Shown here: in pieces, positions 1-8,494 of the stretch
Numbering within the stretch: position 1 is the stretch's first letter
How the letters are laid out: the number at the start of each line of letters is the position of its first letter
NCBI RefSeq assembly: GCF_000007185.1
Contig: NC_003551.1
Span: 30,001-62,000, forward strand
From: Methanopyrus kandleri AV19
GTDB taxonomy: Archaea; JAADCQ01; Methanopyri; Methanopyrales; Methanopyraceae
Length of the DNA stretch: 32,000 bases
Direction: 5' to 3'
The notes under the pieces: model-generated
The model's database searches: none
What the model was told of the DNA's origin: nothing
The model's input: the letters and a program-made list of their open reading frames with translations, nothing else
Translations under genes and position numbers: made by a program

Positions 1-336
1 CACTAGCGCAGGATAGTCTTCGAGCGGAAGTGACCTGAAGGACGTAACTACATTGAGGCCGCGGCGGATGGATTCCACGGCCAGCTCCAGGGCTCTGTGT
101 TCCGCACCCTTCGGAAGCATAATCGCCACGGAGGACGCCCCTTCGACGGCCTCATCGAAGTCGTTCGTAACTTTCACTCCGGCGATCTCCATTCCCACCT
201 TACTCGGGTCGTCGTCCATAATCCCAACGACTTCGACCGTGGGAAGTGTCGCGAACTTTTCCCCGCCGCCCCCGGCACCTACCACGGCGAACGGGTTGAG
301 CTCGGCAAGCTCATCGATCGAACGTAGCACCGTCAA
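1..336 (-). CDS. hypothetical protein, N-terminal part only (gene runs off the left edge); Rossmann-like GxGxxG start, possibly DUF1611-like
   Basis: My own minus-strand translation gives a stop-free frame from 336 to 1: LTVLRSIDELAELNPFAVVGAGGGGEKFATLPTVEVVGIMDDDPSKVGMEIAGVKVTNDFDEAVEGASSVAIMLPKGAEHRALELAVESIRRGLNVVTSFRSLPLEDYPALV. There is an in-frame stop at 430-432, and the first possible starts are TTG 336 and GTG 330. It is absent from the ORF track because it is truncated. Confidence 0.4.
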   Translation of the reverse strand, partial: MTVLRSIDELAELNPFAVVGAGGGGEKFATLPTVEVVGIMDDDPSKVGMEIAGVKVTNDFDEAVEGASSVAIMLPKGAEHRALELAVESIRRGLNVVTSFRSLPLEDYPALV

Positions 337-389
337 CTGTAGCCGCCCCCCGGCTTCACCGCGATCCGCGCCGGCCAGTGCTGATAGTA

Positions 390-980
390 TTACCGGTACC
401 CCGGAGCGGCCCGTAGCGTTCGTCGCTTCTCACGAACCCGACGCTCGATCTCCCTGAGCAGCCTCCCGATACCCTCGCCGGTAAGGGCGGACACGGGGAT
501 GGGTCTGTGACCAGTACGCTCCCTGATGCGTTCTAACCGTTCCTCAAGTTCCCCGCGGTCGAGAAGATCGATCTTGTTCGCGACGAGCAGCGTCTCGAGG
601 TCGGCGGCGTACTTGATCACGTGGAGTGCACGGAGCGTTTCGGGACCTACATGCCGCGTGACGTCGACCACGAACAGCGCCAGATCGTATCTGCCGAGCT
701 TCTCGGCGACGTCCTCGGCACGGACACCTCGTTTACTTCGCTTACCCCGCTCGTCGGCGAGTCCGACGGTATCGAACACGTACAGGGGGAACTCGCGGGA
801 CGTCCAACGGTAACCGGAGACCGTCTTCGTGGTACCGGGGACTTCGGAGACCTCAGTGACCTCGCGACCCATCAGCGCGTTGACCAGAGTGGACTTGCCG
901 GCGTTTTCAGGCCCCAACACGGCGATACGAAAGGCCCGCGAGTCCAACTCCGGAACCTCTTTCACGGAGGTCTCTTTCAT
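390..980 (-). CDS. small GTP-binding protein (Era/EngB-like, MMR_HSR1 type)
   Basis: 196-aa ORF with G1 GPENAGKS, G3 DTVG and G4 NKID in canonical order. Confidence 0.85.
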   Translation of the reverse strand: MKETSVKEVPELDSRAFRIAVLGPENAGKSTLVNALMGREVTEVSEVPGTTKTVSGYRWTSREFPLYVFDTVGLADERGKRSKRGVRAEDVAEKLGRYDLALFVVDVTRHVGPETLRALHVIKYAADLETLLVANKIDLLDRGELEERLERIRERTGHRPIPVSALTGEGIGRLLREIERRVREKRRTLRAAPGYR

Positions 981-1168
981 CCCCTCACCCCCCGCACAAC
1001 CCGGGCTAAACCTGCCAAGAACCCCAGGATCACTCCCAAAACCGGGAGCAACACCTTGAGCGGTCTATGTTGCACGTATTGGGATAAGATCCAGCCTGCA
1101 ACCACCCCAAACACCACGGAGCTCGAAAGCTCCACAGCAGCGATATACTCCCTCCGCAAGGGGCCCAC
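977..1168 (-). CDS. small membrane protein with 2 predicted TM helices (AtpZ/AtpI-like is only a guess)
   Basis: 63-aa ORF with two hydrophobic stretches (VVFGVVAGWIL and LLPVLGVILGFLAGLA). Its stop overlaps the GTPase start in an ATGA junction at 977-980. Confidence 0.5.
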   Translation of the reverse strand: MGPLRREYIAAVELSSSVVFGVVAGWILSQYVQHRPLKVLLPVLGVILGFLAGLARVVRGVRG

Positions 1169-1182
1169 CCGGGGATAGTGAT

Positions 1183-1749
1183 TTGGACGTGGAGGCGGTT
1201 TACCGATTGAAGCGCATACTCAGGACGGGGTGGTTAGTCCGGGGTATCCCCAGAAGCTCCGTGGAAAGCGTCGCGGAACACTCTTTCGGTGCGGCGATGT
1301 TGGCCTGGGAGATCTGCCATCGACTGGCCGAGCGAGGGATCGACGTCGACCCTTACAAGACTGTCGTTATGGCGCTGATCCACGATCTCCCGGAAGCCCT
1401 CACCTTGGACCTAGATGTCGAGGCATCGCGGGTGTTCGGTGATGCCAAGCGCGAAGCGGAGGAAAAAGCCGCCGAATGCGTGTTCGATGAGGAACTACTC
1501 GATCTTTGGAGGGAGTTCGAGCGACGTGAATCCCCGGAGGCGAAGGCTGCCAAGCTCGCGGACACTCTCGACATGGCCCTGCAGGCCTTGGAGTACTCTC
1601 AAGTCGGGTTCGAAGCGTATCGGGAGTTCTTAGACTCAGCGGAGCGCGAGGCCAGGGAGCTAGGCCGGGAGTACCTACTAGTTTTCAAAGAGATATTACG
1701 CGAGCGGGGGTGGGATAGTAATGAAGGTGGTGGAAAAGGATCTGGATAA
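1183..1749 (+). CDS. HD-domain phosphohydrolase (YfbR-like 5'-nucleotidase family)
   Basis: 188-aa ORF with the motifs VAEHSF and ALIHDLPEA, typical of the HD superfamily. TTG start. Confidence 0.8.
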   Translation: MDVEAVYRLKRILRTGWLVRGIPRSSVESVAEHSFGAAMLAWEICHRLAERGIDVDPYKTVVMALIHDLPEALTLDLDVEASRVFGDAKREAEEKAAECVFDEELLDLWREFERRESPEAKAAKLADTLDMALQALEYSQVGFEAYREFLDSAEREARELGREYLLVFKEILRERGWDSNEGGGKGSG

Positions 1750-2782
1750 AGGATACATAGAAGTACTTCCTGAAACGTTGGACGATCTGTGGCACTTATA
1801 CCATGTTGTCAGGAAGGGCGATCTAGTATTCGCACTGGAAAGACGACGGGTTAAAGATGAGAGGGCTGAAACTATTAGGAGAGATAAAGGAGAACGCAAA
1901 CCGGTTTACCTAGGAGTCCGAGTAGAAGATGTAGAGTTTGACAAATACGCGAACAGATTGCGAATCAAAGGTGTAATAGAGCACGGTCCCGAGTCTGGAT
2001 CGCACCATACCGTTAATGTTACGACTGGGAAACGAATAAAGATTGTAAAGGACGAATGGGAACGAAAAGACCTAGAGCGCATCGAAGAAGCTGAGATGTC
2101 GCGACCACCCGTGATGCTCGTGGCCGTGGACACAGGTGAGGGGACCATCGGAATAGTCCGAGACTACGGGTTAGACGTCGTGGCTCGGGTTCGGCATAAC
2201 GTACCGGGGAAGCGTGGCGGCGACCGGAGGGCGGAGATGCGGAAGTTCTTCCATCGACTCGCCGACGAGATCGAGCGCATCGCCGAGGAGGAAGGAGTGG
2301 AACACATCGTCGTGGGCGGCCCGGGGTTCGTGAAGTCGGATTTCGCAGAGTTCTTACGGGAGGAGCGGGATATCCCAGCCCACGTGGAGGATACTGGTTC
2401 GGCGGGCGAGGCCGGGCTCATCGAGATGATCCGACGCGGAGCGGTAGAGAGGGCCGTCGAAGAGTCTAGGGTCGCGGAGGAAGTAAAGCATCTCGAGGAA
2501 GTGTTCAAGAGGATCGGTAAGGGTGATGATAAGGTAGCGTACGGCGTCCGAGAGTGTCTCAAAGCCGCGGAGTTCGGAGCTATCGACGTACTGCTGGTGG
2601 CGGACGAGAAGTTCCGGGAAGCGATGGTGGAAGGTGAAGAGGACGTCCTGAACGCCGTCAAGTACGCGGAGCGTACAGGGGCCGAGGTGCTCATCGTAAG
2701 CACGGAACACGAGTGGGGCGAGAGGCTACGGGAATTGGGGGGAATCGCCGCACTGCTTCGGTTCTCTATCCCCACGGGGTAG
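1721..2782 (+). CDS. pelA: Pelota (Dom34 homologue), ribosome rescue / mRNA surveillance factor
   Basis: 353 aa with N-terminus MKVVEKDLDKGYIEVLPETLDDLWHLYHVV. Length and eRF1-like layout are typical of archaeal Pelota. Overlaps the HD gene by 29 nt. Confidence 0.9.
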   Translation: MKVVEKDLDKGYIEVLPETLDDLWHLYHVVRKGDLVFALERRRVKDERAETIRRDKGERKPVYLGVRVEDVEFDKYANRLRIKGVIEHGPESGSHHTVNVTTGKRIKIVKDEWERKDLERIEEAEMSRPPVMLVAVDTGEGTIGIVRDYGLDVVARVRHNVPGKRGGDRRAEMRKFFHRLADEIERIAEEEGVEHIVVGGPGFVKSDFAEFLREERDIPAHVEDTGSAGEAGLIEMIRRGAVERAVEESRVAEEVKHLEEVFKRIGKGDDKVAYGVRECLKAAEFGAIDVLLVADEKFREAMVEGEEDVLNAVKYAERTGAEVLIVSTEHEWGERLRELGGIAALLRFSIPTG

Positions 2783-3256
2783 CACGGTAATCGTGCACCG
2801 GCGAGAGCACACGTCCCCCGTGTCATGGAGTATCTCGACGTCGTGACCGGCCAGCCGGCACAGTTCATCTATGAGGTTGACCACCGGACATGCGGGATAC
2901 CTCCTTATGGAGTCCTGGATGATCCGCTTCGTCCTATCCGACAGGGACTCGTACTTTTTGAGCATCGAAAAGGGCGAGATCGGGCACCCTCTTACCGTTA
3001 CAACGATTTTGTCACTCTCGACCTCGATTTTCGCCGCTTCGCCCAACATCCGATCACAAACGTCCTTCACTATGACGTCGACAGAGACTCGTTCGAATCC
3101 GGCGTAGTCCGGCATCAACTCGTATTCGAGATATGACTCGGCAGCCCGTCGGTACAGGGTCTTCCGGAACGCTGTAGCTCGCTCTCCGAACATCTCGGCG
3201 GGCACCACGATGATCGCGAAGTTGAAGTGTCGGAGCAGTGAGCGCGGGTCCTTCAA
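2726..3256 (-). CDS. hypothetical Cys-containing protein, tentatively V4R-like small-molecule-binding domain, co-transcribed with the KaiC-like ATPase
   Basis: 176-aa ORF whose start overlaps the KaiC-like stop by 4 nt (3253-3256). Composition is protein-like. Cys motifs are [22 protein letters not shown] and [12 protein letters not shown]. Its 3' end overlaps the Pelota 3' end by 57 nt (convergent). Confidence 0.6.
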   Translation of the reverse strand: MKDPRSLLRHFNFAIIVVPAEMFGERATAFRKTLYRRAAESYLEYELMPDYAGFERVSVDVIVKDVCDRMLGEAAKIEVESDKIVVTVRGCPISPFSMLKKYESLSDRTKRIIQDSIRRYPACPVVNLIDELCRLAGHDVEILHDTGDVCSRRCTITVLPRGDREPKQCGDSPQFP

Positions 3257-4011
3257 TCCTCCACCTCCCGCACCTCGCCACGCTCCTTCACGAAGACTTT
3301 CTCCGGGTCCACCCGAATCCCCTCATCGGTGATCTCGAACGGGTGACGCCGCATGCTGTGTGCAGTTCCCCTCATCTTCCACACTATCAACGACCTCCAG
3401 AGTCTTCCTTCTACTTCGTCGAGATCGAGCCGGATAATACCATCCACGGCGTGCTCCACACCCGGACCTCCGAAGCCACGTTCGTGGGCGGCGATCTGGT
3501 TAACCAGGATGCTGGTACACCCTAGCCCCGCGAGCATCCGTTTGAGCCTGAACATGATCCGACGCGCCACACTGGGCTTATCGATGTATAACGGGGTCAC
3601 GGAGTCTATAGCCACCCTCTTGGCCTCGACGTCGTTGACGGCTTGCCTGATCACTCCGATCAGCTCACTGGCATCCGTCGGATCCTTCACGACGTACTTC
3701 TCGTACTCGCTCGCCCTGCCTATGCCGCCCGTGAACGCGTCCACGACGGCTAGGAGGCCCTCCTCCTCGTACTCCCGGAAGTTCCAGCCGAACCCTTCCA
3801 CGTTCTTCCTAACCTGAACTGGGTGCTCCTCGAGCGTCACGAAGACACCGGGCTCACCTTCTTCCAGCCCTGCCCAGATGAACTGCTGTGAGAATATCGT
3901 CTTACCCGTTCCCGGACCTCCGGTCAGTAGTACGGCGTTACGCTCCGGGATCCCCCCGTTGAGGACTTCGTCCATCCCCGGAATACCCGTTGAGACTCTC
4001 TCCACGGCCAT
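3253..4011 (-). CDS. single-domain KaiC-like / RecA-superfamily ATPase (COG0467 type)
   Basis: 252 aa with [32 protein letters not shown] (Walker A) followed by the KaiC-type FVTLEEHP segment. Confidence 0.85.
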   Translation of the reverse strand: MAVERVSTGIPGMDEVLNGGIPERNAVLLTGGPGTGKTIFSQQFIWAGLEEGEPGVFVTLEEHPVQVRKNVEGFGWNFREYEEEGLLAVVDAFTGGIGRASEYEKYVVKDPTDASELIGVIRQAVNDVEAKRVAIDSVTPLYIDKPSVARRIMFRLKRMLAGLGCTSILVNQIAAHERGFGGPGVEHAVDGIIRLDLDEVEGRLWRSLIVWKMRGTAHSMRRHPFEITDEGIRVDPEKVFVKERGEVREVED

Positions 4012-4047
4012 GGGACCGTCCCCCGTCGAACTCCCCTAAGGTCAATT

Positions 4048-4059
4048 CGATTATAATTC
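4048..4059. promoter_or_regulatory. shared AT-rich TATA element in the 69-bp divergent spacer between the KaiC-like and Nre-like genes
   Basis: cgATTATAATtc is the only AT-rich block in the spacer. It lies about 25 nt upstream of the TTG at 4081 (implying a leaderless or near-leaderless mRNA) and about 40 nt from the ATG at 4011 on the other strand. Confidence 0.45.
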
Positions 4060-4080
4060 ATTGCGATCGGGGGTTGTCCT

Positions 4081-5229
4081 TTGGGAGGACTCTGCCCGAG
4101 ATGCAGGGGCCGCGGATGGTGTGGGCGCGACCGCTGCCCCTTCTTGGACGCACTGAACGAGGTCCGAGCCAGGCTCTCGAGTCGGAACGTCGATGGTTAC
4201 ACCGTGACGGCCCACGTCTCGTGGCGTGGGTACCCGCGGGTTATCGCCGCGCCGGGAGTCGGAGAACACCGCACGCCGGATGAAGGGGGCGTCCTGGCCG
4301 ACCTCCCGTACGAAGAGGCCCTGAAGACTAGAGCACTCACCTTCCGCAGATACCGTGGGAAGCGTGATGTCCGGAACCCGCCGGACCTGTCGGACCCCGA
4401 GATCGAGTCGTCGATTTCCGTGAGACCCGTGGAGAGTACGTTGCAGGTCCGACGGAGGCTTAGCGGCGCGTCCAGAACCACCCCATTCATCGGGCCCTTG
4501 GTCGAGGGAGAGCTCGAACTCGACGGGACACCGAAGGTCCCTCGCGACTTGGAACGTTATCACGAGGACGACGTCAAAGCTGAGGAGGCCGTCGTCGGCC
4601 TCTACCGACGCGGCTACGACGAGTCGTACATCGCGCGGGCGTTGTCGTTAGGATTGTTGGGCAGGGACCGCCGGATGGTGCCGACCCGATGGAGCGTCGC
4701 GGCGGTGGATTCGATGGTCTCCGAACACCTGGCACGGGAGGTCAGAGACTTACCGGTGTCTTCGGAGTACCGCGTTTTATCGGGTGAAGTGTTCGGTAAC
4801 GAGATGTGGGTGATTTTACGCCCAGAACCGTTGTCGTACGAGCTCGTCGAAGCTTACGAGCCAGGTGCGCCGTGGTCCGATCGCACACGGATCGCTGTAC
4901 TTAGGGACTCGGAAGTGAAGGATTGCAAGGAGCCCCGCGAAACCGGAGGTGCGTACTTCGCGGCCCGATTAGCGGCCCTAGAGTGGTGTTCCGAGCTGGG
5001 TAAACAGCACGGAATCACCGTGATCAGGATCGTTCGGAAGGAGTACTCGGCACCGTTGGGTGCGTGGGTGATCAGGGAAGCCGTACGACGCGCCGAAGAG
5101 GTGTTTTCAACGGACGATCCGCGCGAGGTGTGGGAGTTCCTGCGAGAGAAGTTGGACGATCCAGTGGGTGAAGCCGCTCTGAAGGTGATCAAACGTGGCC
5201 GCCAGAGAACTCTCGACACGTTTTTATGA
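4081..5229 (+). CDS. Nre-family (NreA-like) putative DNA repair protein with C-terminal PCNA-interacting (PIP) box
   Basis: 382 aa with an N-terminal Cys cluster (CPRCRGRGWCGRDRCPF). The extreme C-terminus QRTLDTFL fits the PIP consensus QxxLxxF(F/L). TTG start is the first start codon after the in-frame stop at 4054-4056. Confidence 0.6.
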   Translation: MGGLCPRCRGRGWCGRDRCPFLDALNEVRARLSSRNVDGYTVTAHVSWRGYPRVIAAPGVGEHRTPDEGGVLADLPYEEALKTRALTFRRYRGKRDVRNPPDLSDPEIESSISVRPVESTLQVRRRLSGASRTTPFIGPLVEGELELDGTPKVPRDLERYHEDDVKAEEAVVGLYRRGYDESYIARALSLGLLGRDRRMVPTRWSVAAVDSMVSEHLAREVRDLPVSSEYRVLSGEVFGNEMWVILRPEPLSYELVEAYEPGAPWSDRTRIAVLRDSEVKDCKEPRETGGAYFAARLAALEWCSELGKQHGITVIRIVRKEYSAPLGAWVIREAVRRAEEVFSTDDPREVWEFLREKLDDPVGEAALKVIKRGRQRTLDTFL

Positions 5230-5262
5230 GTAAGTAGGAGCCGAGCAATAGGGAGGAAGGCG

Positions 5263-7083
5263 ATGCTACTGTTGAAGGACCACGCGGAAGTACTGCTTAC
5301 GGTCGAGGAACTCGGTACCAGGGAGGAGGCCAGGGAGATCGCCGAGGAGGCCGAGGCGGTCACGGAAATCATCCCCCAGCGGTTGCTAGAGCTCGAGCTT
5401 CAAGGTCTGATGAAGCGAGTCGGACCGAACGAATGGGAGCTAACCGACGCCGGAAAGACCGCTGCGAAGGCGGTAGCTGAGGCCGTCGATATTCTGGAGC
5501 AGCCACCCCAAGAATGGGCGCATGACCGATGGGTCGGCTCGGACACGGTGTTGGCGCTGAAACACGCGGCCCTGTCTTTCGTGCCGGAGCGTTGGGAGGA
5601 ACTACTGAGCGAGCGTGGTCTGTCGGAGGATGGCGAACTGACAAAAGCCGGCGAGCTGGTGTTGGAGGCGTACTTCAAGGCGACTCCGAAACTGTACGTC
5701 ACTCAGGATGTAGCCGGACGGATAGCCAGGTTACCACCAGGACCCGGAACGCTGAAAACCTTCATCAGATATCGGGAAACTATAGACATTCCAGATAACA
5801 TCTTCCACGCGCTCGAGGCGATGCGGCTGCTGGTGATCTCCCCACCCGCGGACGGTGGCCGCACGTACACTCTAACGGCGCTCGGCCGTGAGGTCAAGTA
5901 CGCGATCGAAAAGGCGATTCCCGCCATGCACCTGGTGTTGTCCCCTGGGATCATGGAGGACGTAAAGGCCGTGAGTGAGGGAGAAGAACCCGAGGACATG
6001 GAGCGCCTCGAGCGGCTCGGATACGCGTGGAAGGGATCGTTAACGAGGGCCGGTGAGCACGTCCTCCGAGCCTACGAGATGGTGGGAGAAGATTTCCCGG
6101 GTGTGCCACCTATCAGCATACGTCCAAGCGAGCTGAGGCTTCTGGAGATCATCGACCACCTGTACCGCCCAGACGAGAACCCTAACGTGGCTCCTACCCT
6201 GAAGAGAATCAAGAGGGTGCTAGTAGAGGAGTACGGGGAGGCTGATCCCGACCCCACCACGGACCTCAAGGAGTTGGAGGCGCACGGATTCGTGGAGAAA
6301 ACCGTCTGCGACTACGGGAAGGAAAAGGGCAAGCCGATATGGGTACTCACCGAGGAAGGAGAACGGTTACTTCACGGCCTGGGCGCGCCGGTGCGAGCGG
6401 AAGGTGTCAAAGCCGTCACCGTGTCGATGGGTTTCGAGTCGCCTTCTCCTGAGTGGCTGGAGGAGGCCCACCGGGCCGGTCTGGTATCGCAAGCCGCTAT
6501 CACCACGAAGGGGCTGATGGCCGCCAAGATAGCGCGTCGTGTGGAGAGAGCCCCATTCTTAACCGGAGACGAGGCCAAGCTGATCTACCGCATGCCCAAC
6601 GGGTCGATCGACAGAGGGAAACTGATCGAGGACGTTTGTGACCGGTACGGGCTCGAAGAGCACCAGGTCCTGGAGTCACTGTCGAAATTGGAGTCTCGAG
6701 GTATAGTCGAAGAGTTGCTCACGGGAGGGGTAATACTAACGCGAGCCGGCCAACACCTCAAGACGGCGATACACCGTGGTCAGACGATGGAAATCTTGAA
6801 GCTCCGACACCCAATTACACCGGTCGCGACTCGTCTCCTCAAGGCAGTATACGACCTGAAGAGGGAAGGTGTTAGCGCGAAGAAGCTCTCCAAGTTCCCG
6901 AAGACCCTACTGAAGAGAGCCGACGTCACGCTGGACCAAGCTAAGAAAGCCGTAGGGTTGTTGCGACGGACCAAGATGATGAGTGGATGGAAGATCACGG
7001 AGGCCGGGGAGGAATTACTCAGGGCGTTCGAAGTGCTTCAGGAAGCCCCGGAGGTGCGACAGCATCCGGAGGAAGCCGCTTAA
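5263..7083 (+). CDS. large repeat protein made of about 8 winged-helix-like modules; function unknown
   Basis: 606 aa with GGAGG located 6 nt upstream of the ATG. Recurrent motif L-x-x-x-G-h-h ... (L/I)T-x-x-G-x-x-h-h: ELTDAGKTAAKAV, ELTKAGELVLEAY, TLTALGREVKYAI, SLTRAGEHVLRAY, VLTEEGERLLHGL, AITTKGLMAAKIA, ILTRAGQHLKTAI, KITEAGEELLRAF. Confidence 0.8.
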   Translation: MLLLKDHAEVLLTVEELGTREEAREIAEEAEAVTEIIPQRLLELELQGLMKRVGPNEWELTDAGKTAAKAVAEAVDILEQPPQEWAHDRWVGSDTVLALKHAALSFVPERWEELLSERGLSEDGELTKAGELVLEAYFKATPKLYVTQDVAGRIARLPPGPGTLKTFIRYRETIDIPDNIFHALEAMRLLVISPPADGGRTYTLTALGREVKYAIEKAIPAMHLVLSPGIMEDVKAVSEGEEPEDMERLERLGYAWKGSLTRAGEHVLRAYEMVGEDFPGVPPISIRPSELRLLEIIDHLYRPDENPNVAPTLKRIKRVLVEEYGEADPDPTTDLKELEAHGFVEKTVCDYGKEKGKPIWVLTEEGERLLHGLGAPVRAEGVKAVTVSMGFESPSPEWLEEAHRAGLVSQAAITTKGLMAAKIARRVERAPFLTGDEAKLIYRMPNGSIDRGKLIEDVCDRYGLEEHQVLESLSKLESRGIVEELLTGGVILTRAGQHLKTAIHRGQTMEILKLRHPITPVATRLLKAVYDLKREGVSAKKLSKFPKTLLKRADVTLDQAKKAVGLLRRTKMMSGWKITEAGEELLRAFEVLQEAPEVRQHPEEAA

Positions 7084-7122
7084 TCCCCCTCCCCAAATCC
7101 CCAAACCCATCCAGTGGGAAAA

Positions 7123-7141
7123 CGTTACGGTTCTTGTAACG
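7123..7141 (-). terminator. AT-rich trailer hairpin directly downstream of tRNA-Gly (member of a recurrent family)
   Basis: Minus strand reads CGTTAC-aagaacc-GTAACG, a 6-bp stem with a 7-nt loop, starting 10 nt after the encoded CCA. Confidence 0.45.
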
Positions 7142-7151
7142 ATTTGAGGCT

Positions 7152-7227
7152 TGGTGCGGCCGCCGGGATTTGAACCCGGGCCACGGGCTCGGAAGGCCCG
7201 CGTCCTACCAGACTAGACTGCGGCCGC
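7152..7227 (-). tRNA. tRNA-Gly (anticodon UCC), CCA encoded, C at position 8
   Basis: Hand-folded cloverleaf: GCGGCCG-CA-GUCU-AGUCUGGUA-GGAC-G-CGGGC-CUUCCGA-GCCCG-UGGC-CCGGG-UUCAAAU-CCCGG-CGGCCGC-A-CCA. Total 76 nt. Confidence 0.9.
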
Positions 7228-7255
7228 TCCACCGTCGTGGGCGGTCGGATTCCAA

Positions 7256-7266
7256 CTATAAAAATA
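7256..7266 (-). promoter_or_regulatory. TATA box of tRNA-Gly
   Basis: Minus strand TTTTTATAG is centred about 27-30 nt upstream of the tRNA 5' end at 7227. Confidence 0.6.
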
Positions 7267-7450
7267 TTTCGGACATATTCGGTGGGCCGCCGTGCGTGCG
7301 ACAGCCGAGGGAGTTTCCCTTCATAGCTGAGGCATTCGCTCGGCGCTACCGCCTCCGATACCGGCGGGGCGACGGTCGCGCCACTCCCGGACACCGCATA
7401 GACGTATGTTATAGAGCCCGTAACAATTTCGACCTGGGGAAAGAAAGCCC

Positions 7451-8404
7451 CTATCGGCGTCGGACGGCCACCAGCGCGATCCCGAGCAAGCACACCGCGG
7501 CCACCGGTACCTGAACGAACTTCTTGAGCGCACTTTCCGCCGTGGCTGCCGCCTGCTGCGCCTCGGGGCTGCTGAGGACATCCTGCAGGACCGTCACGGC
7601 TTCACCGATCAAGTTCTCGAGGTTGTCAACACTGAACTCCGCCTTCAGGTCCGTCAGACCCTGCTGCTCGTTCACTTCTAGGAACGCACGGAGCGCGTAC
7701 CCGGTCTCTTCGTCGACCTCCTTCTCTTCCTCCCCTTCCTTCTCCTCCTCACTGACCTCGAGTTTCTGGAGCTCTTCCGGCTCGGCTCCCGTCACCGACG
7801 CCTTCACGAAGTACTTGAACACGAGCGCCTGCAGGTACCCCACGGGAGTCTTCTTCTTACCGTGGGGGTGACCGTACTCGTGCGTAGCCAGTACTCGCGC
7901 CAGGCCTTCTAGGAGCTCCCGGTTGAGTTTCACCTGGAACTTCCCGACCTCAATCGTCAGTTCTTCTGGAGCGACCATCTTGAGCGACAGACCTACCGGC
8001 AGCGGCTTGGTCTCCAGCGATAGGGCCAGGAGAGCCCCTTTGGCCAGATGAGCTGGCTTCCACTGCCTGAACTTCACGGCCGGCGGAAGCTTACCTGACA
8101 TCGCGTTGGGGTCCACCACTACAGCATCATCCGTCTCTCCCGTCACCGCCGGAGTTAGATCCACAATCAACGCGGCGTGATTCCCGTCGGCTACGAACAC
8201 CCCGTAGTACGCCTTACCTAGCGGTAGTTGAGCGCCGGCCGGTGCTTCCACGGAGATCACGTACTCTTTCGGTATCTGCTTGGCCTGGTTCGCGGAGAGC
8301 TGGAATGTCCACGGGTGCGTCAGCACTCCGTATAGCGGTGCTTCTTCAGCCGCGGCGCCACCCACCGCCGCAAGGACCAACGCTAGAAGTGCTAGGGCTC
8401 GCAT
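7451..8404 (-). CDS. secreted/surface protein with N-terminal signal peptide and C-terminal TM anchor; function unknown
   Basis: 317 aa. N-terminus MRALALLALVLAAVGGAAAEE, an acidic linker EVSEEEKEGEEEKEVDEE, and C-terminus VPVAAVCLLGIALVAVRRR (a hydrophobic helix followed by RRR). Confidence 0.75.
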   Translation of the reverse strand: MRALALLALVLAAVGGAAAEEAPLYGVLTHPWTFQLSANQAKQIPKEYVISVEAPAGAQLPLGKAYYGVFVADGNHAALIVDLTPAVTGETDDAVVVDPNAMSGKLPPAVKFRQWKPAHLAKGALLALSLETKPLPVGLSLKMVAPEELTIEVGKFQVKLNRELLEGLARVLATHEYGHPHGKKKTPVGYLQALVFKYFVKASVTGAEPEELQKLEVSEEEKEGEEEKEVDEETGYALRAFLEVNEQQGLTDLKAEFSVDNLENLIGEAVTVLQDVLSSPEAQQAAATAESALKKFVQVPVAAVCLLGIALVAVRRR

Positions 8405-8494
8405 GTTACATTCCCCCGCACTTATAGTAGACTGAAATCGAATAATTAACCTTTTCGTTCGCCTCTGTGGACTGAGCTGGTGTCAGTATCGGCC

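Noticed and set aside
2164-2868. A 234-aa ORF antisense to Pelota. Similar long antisense or off-frame ORFs occur at 14719-15303, 4854-5372, 22038-22739, 16496-16906 and 53-457.
   Set aside because: They are Ser/Thr/Arg/Pro-rich with no motifs, and each lies fully inside a gene with clear family signatures. These are typical shadow ORFs of high-GC DNA.
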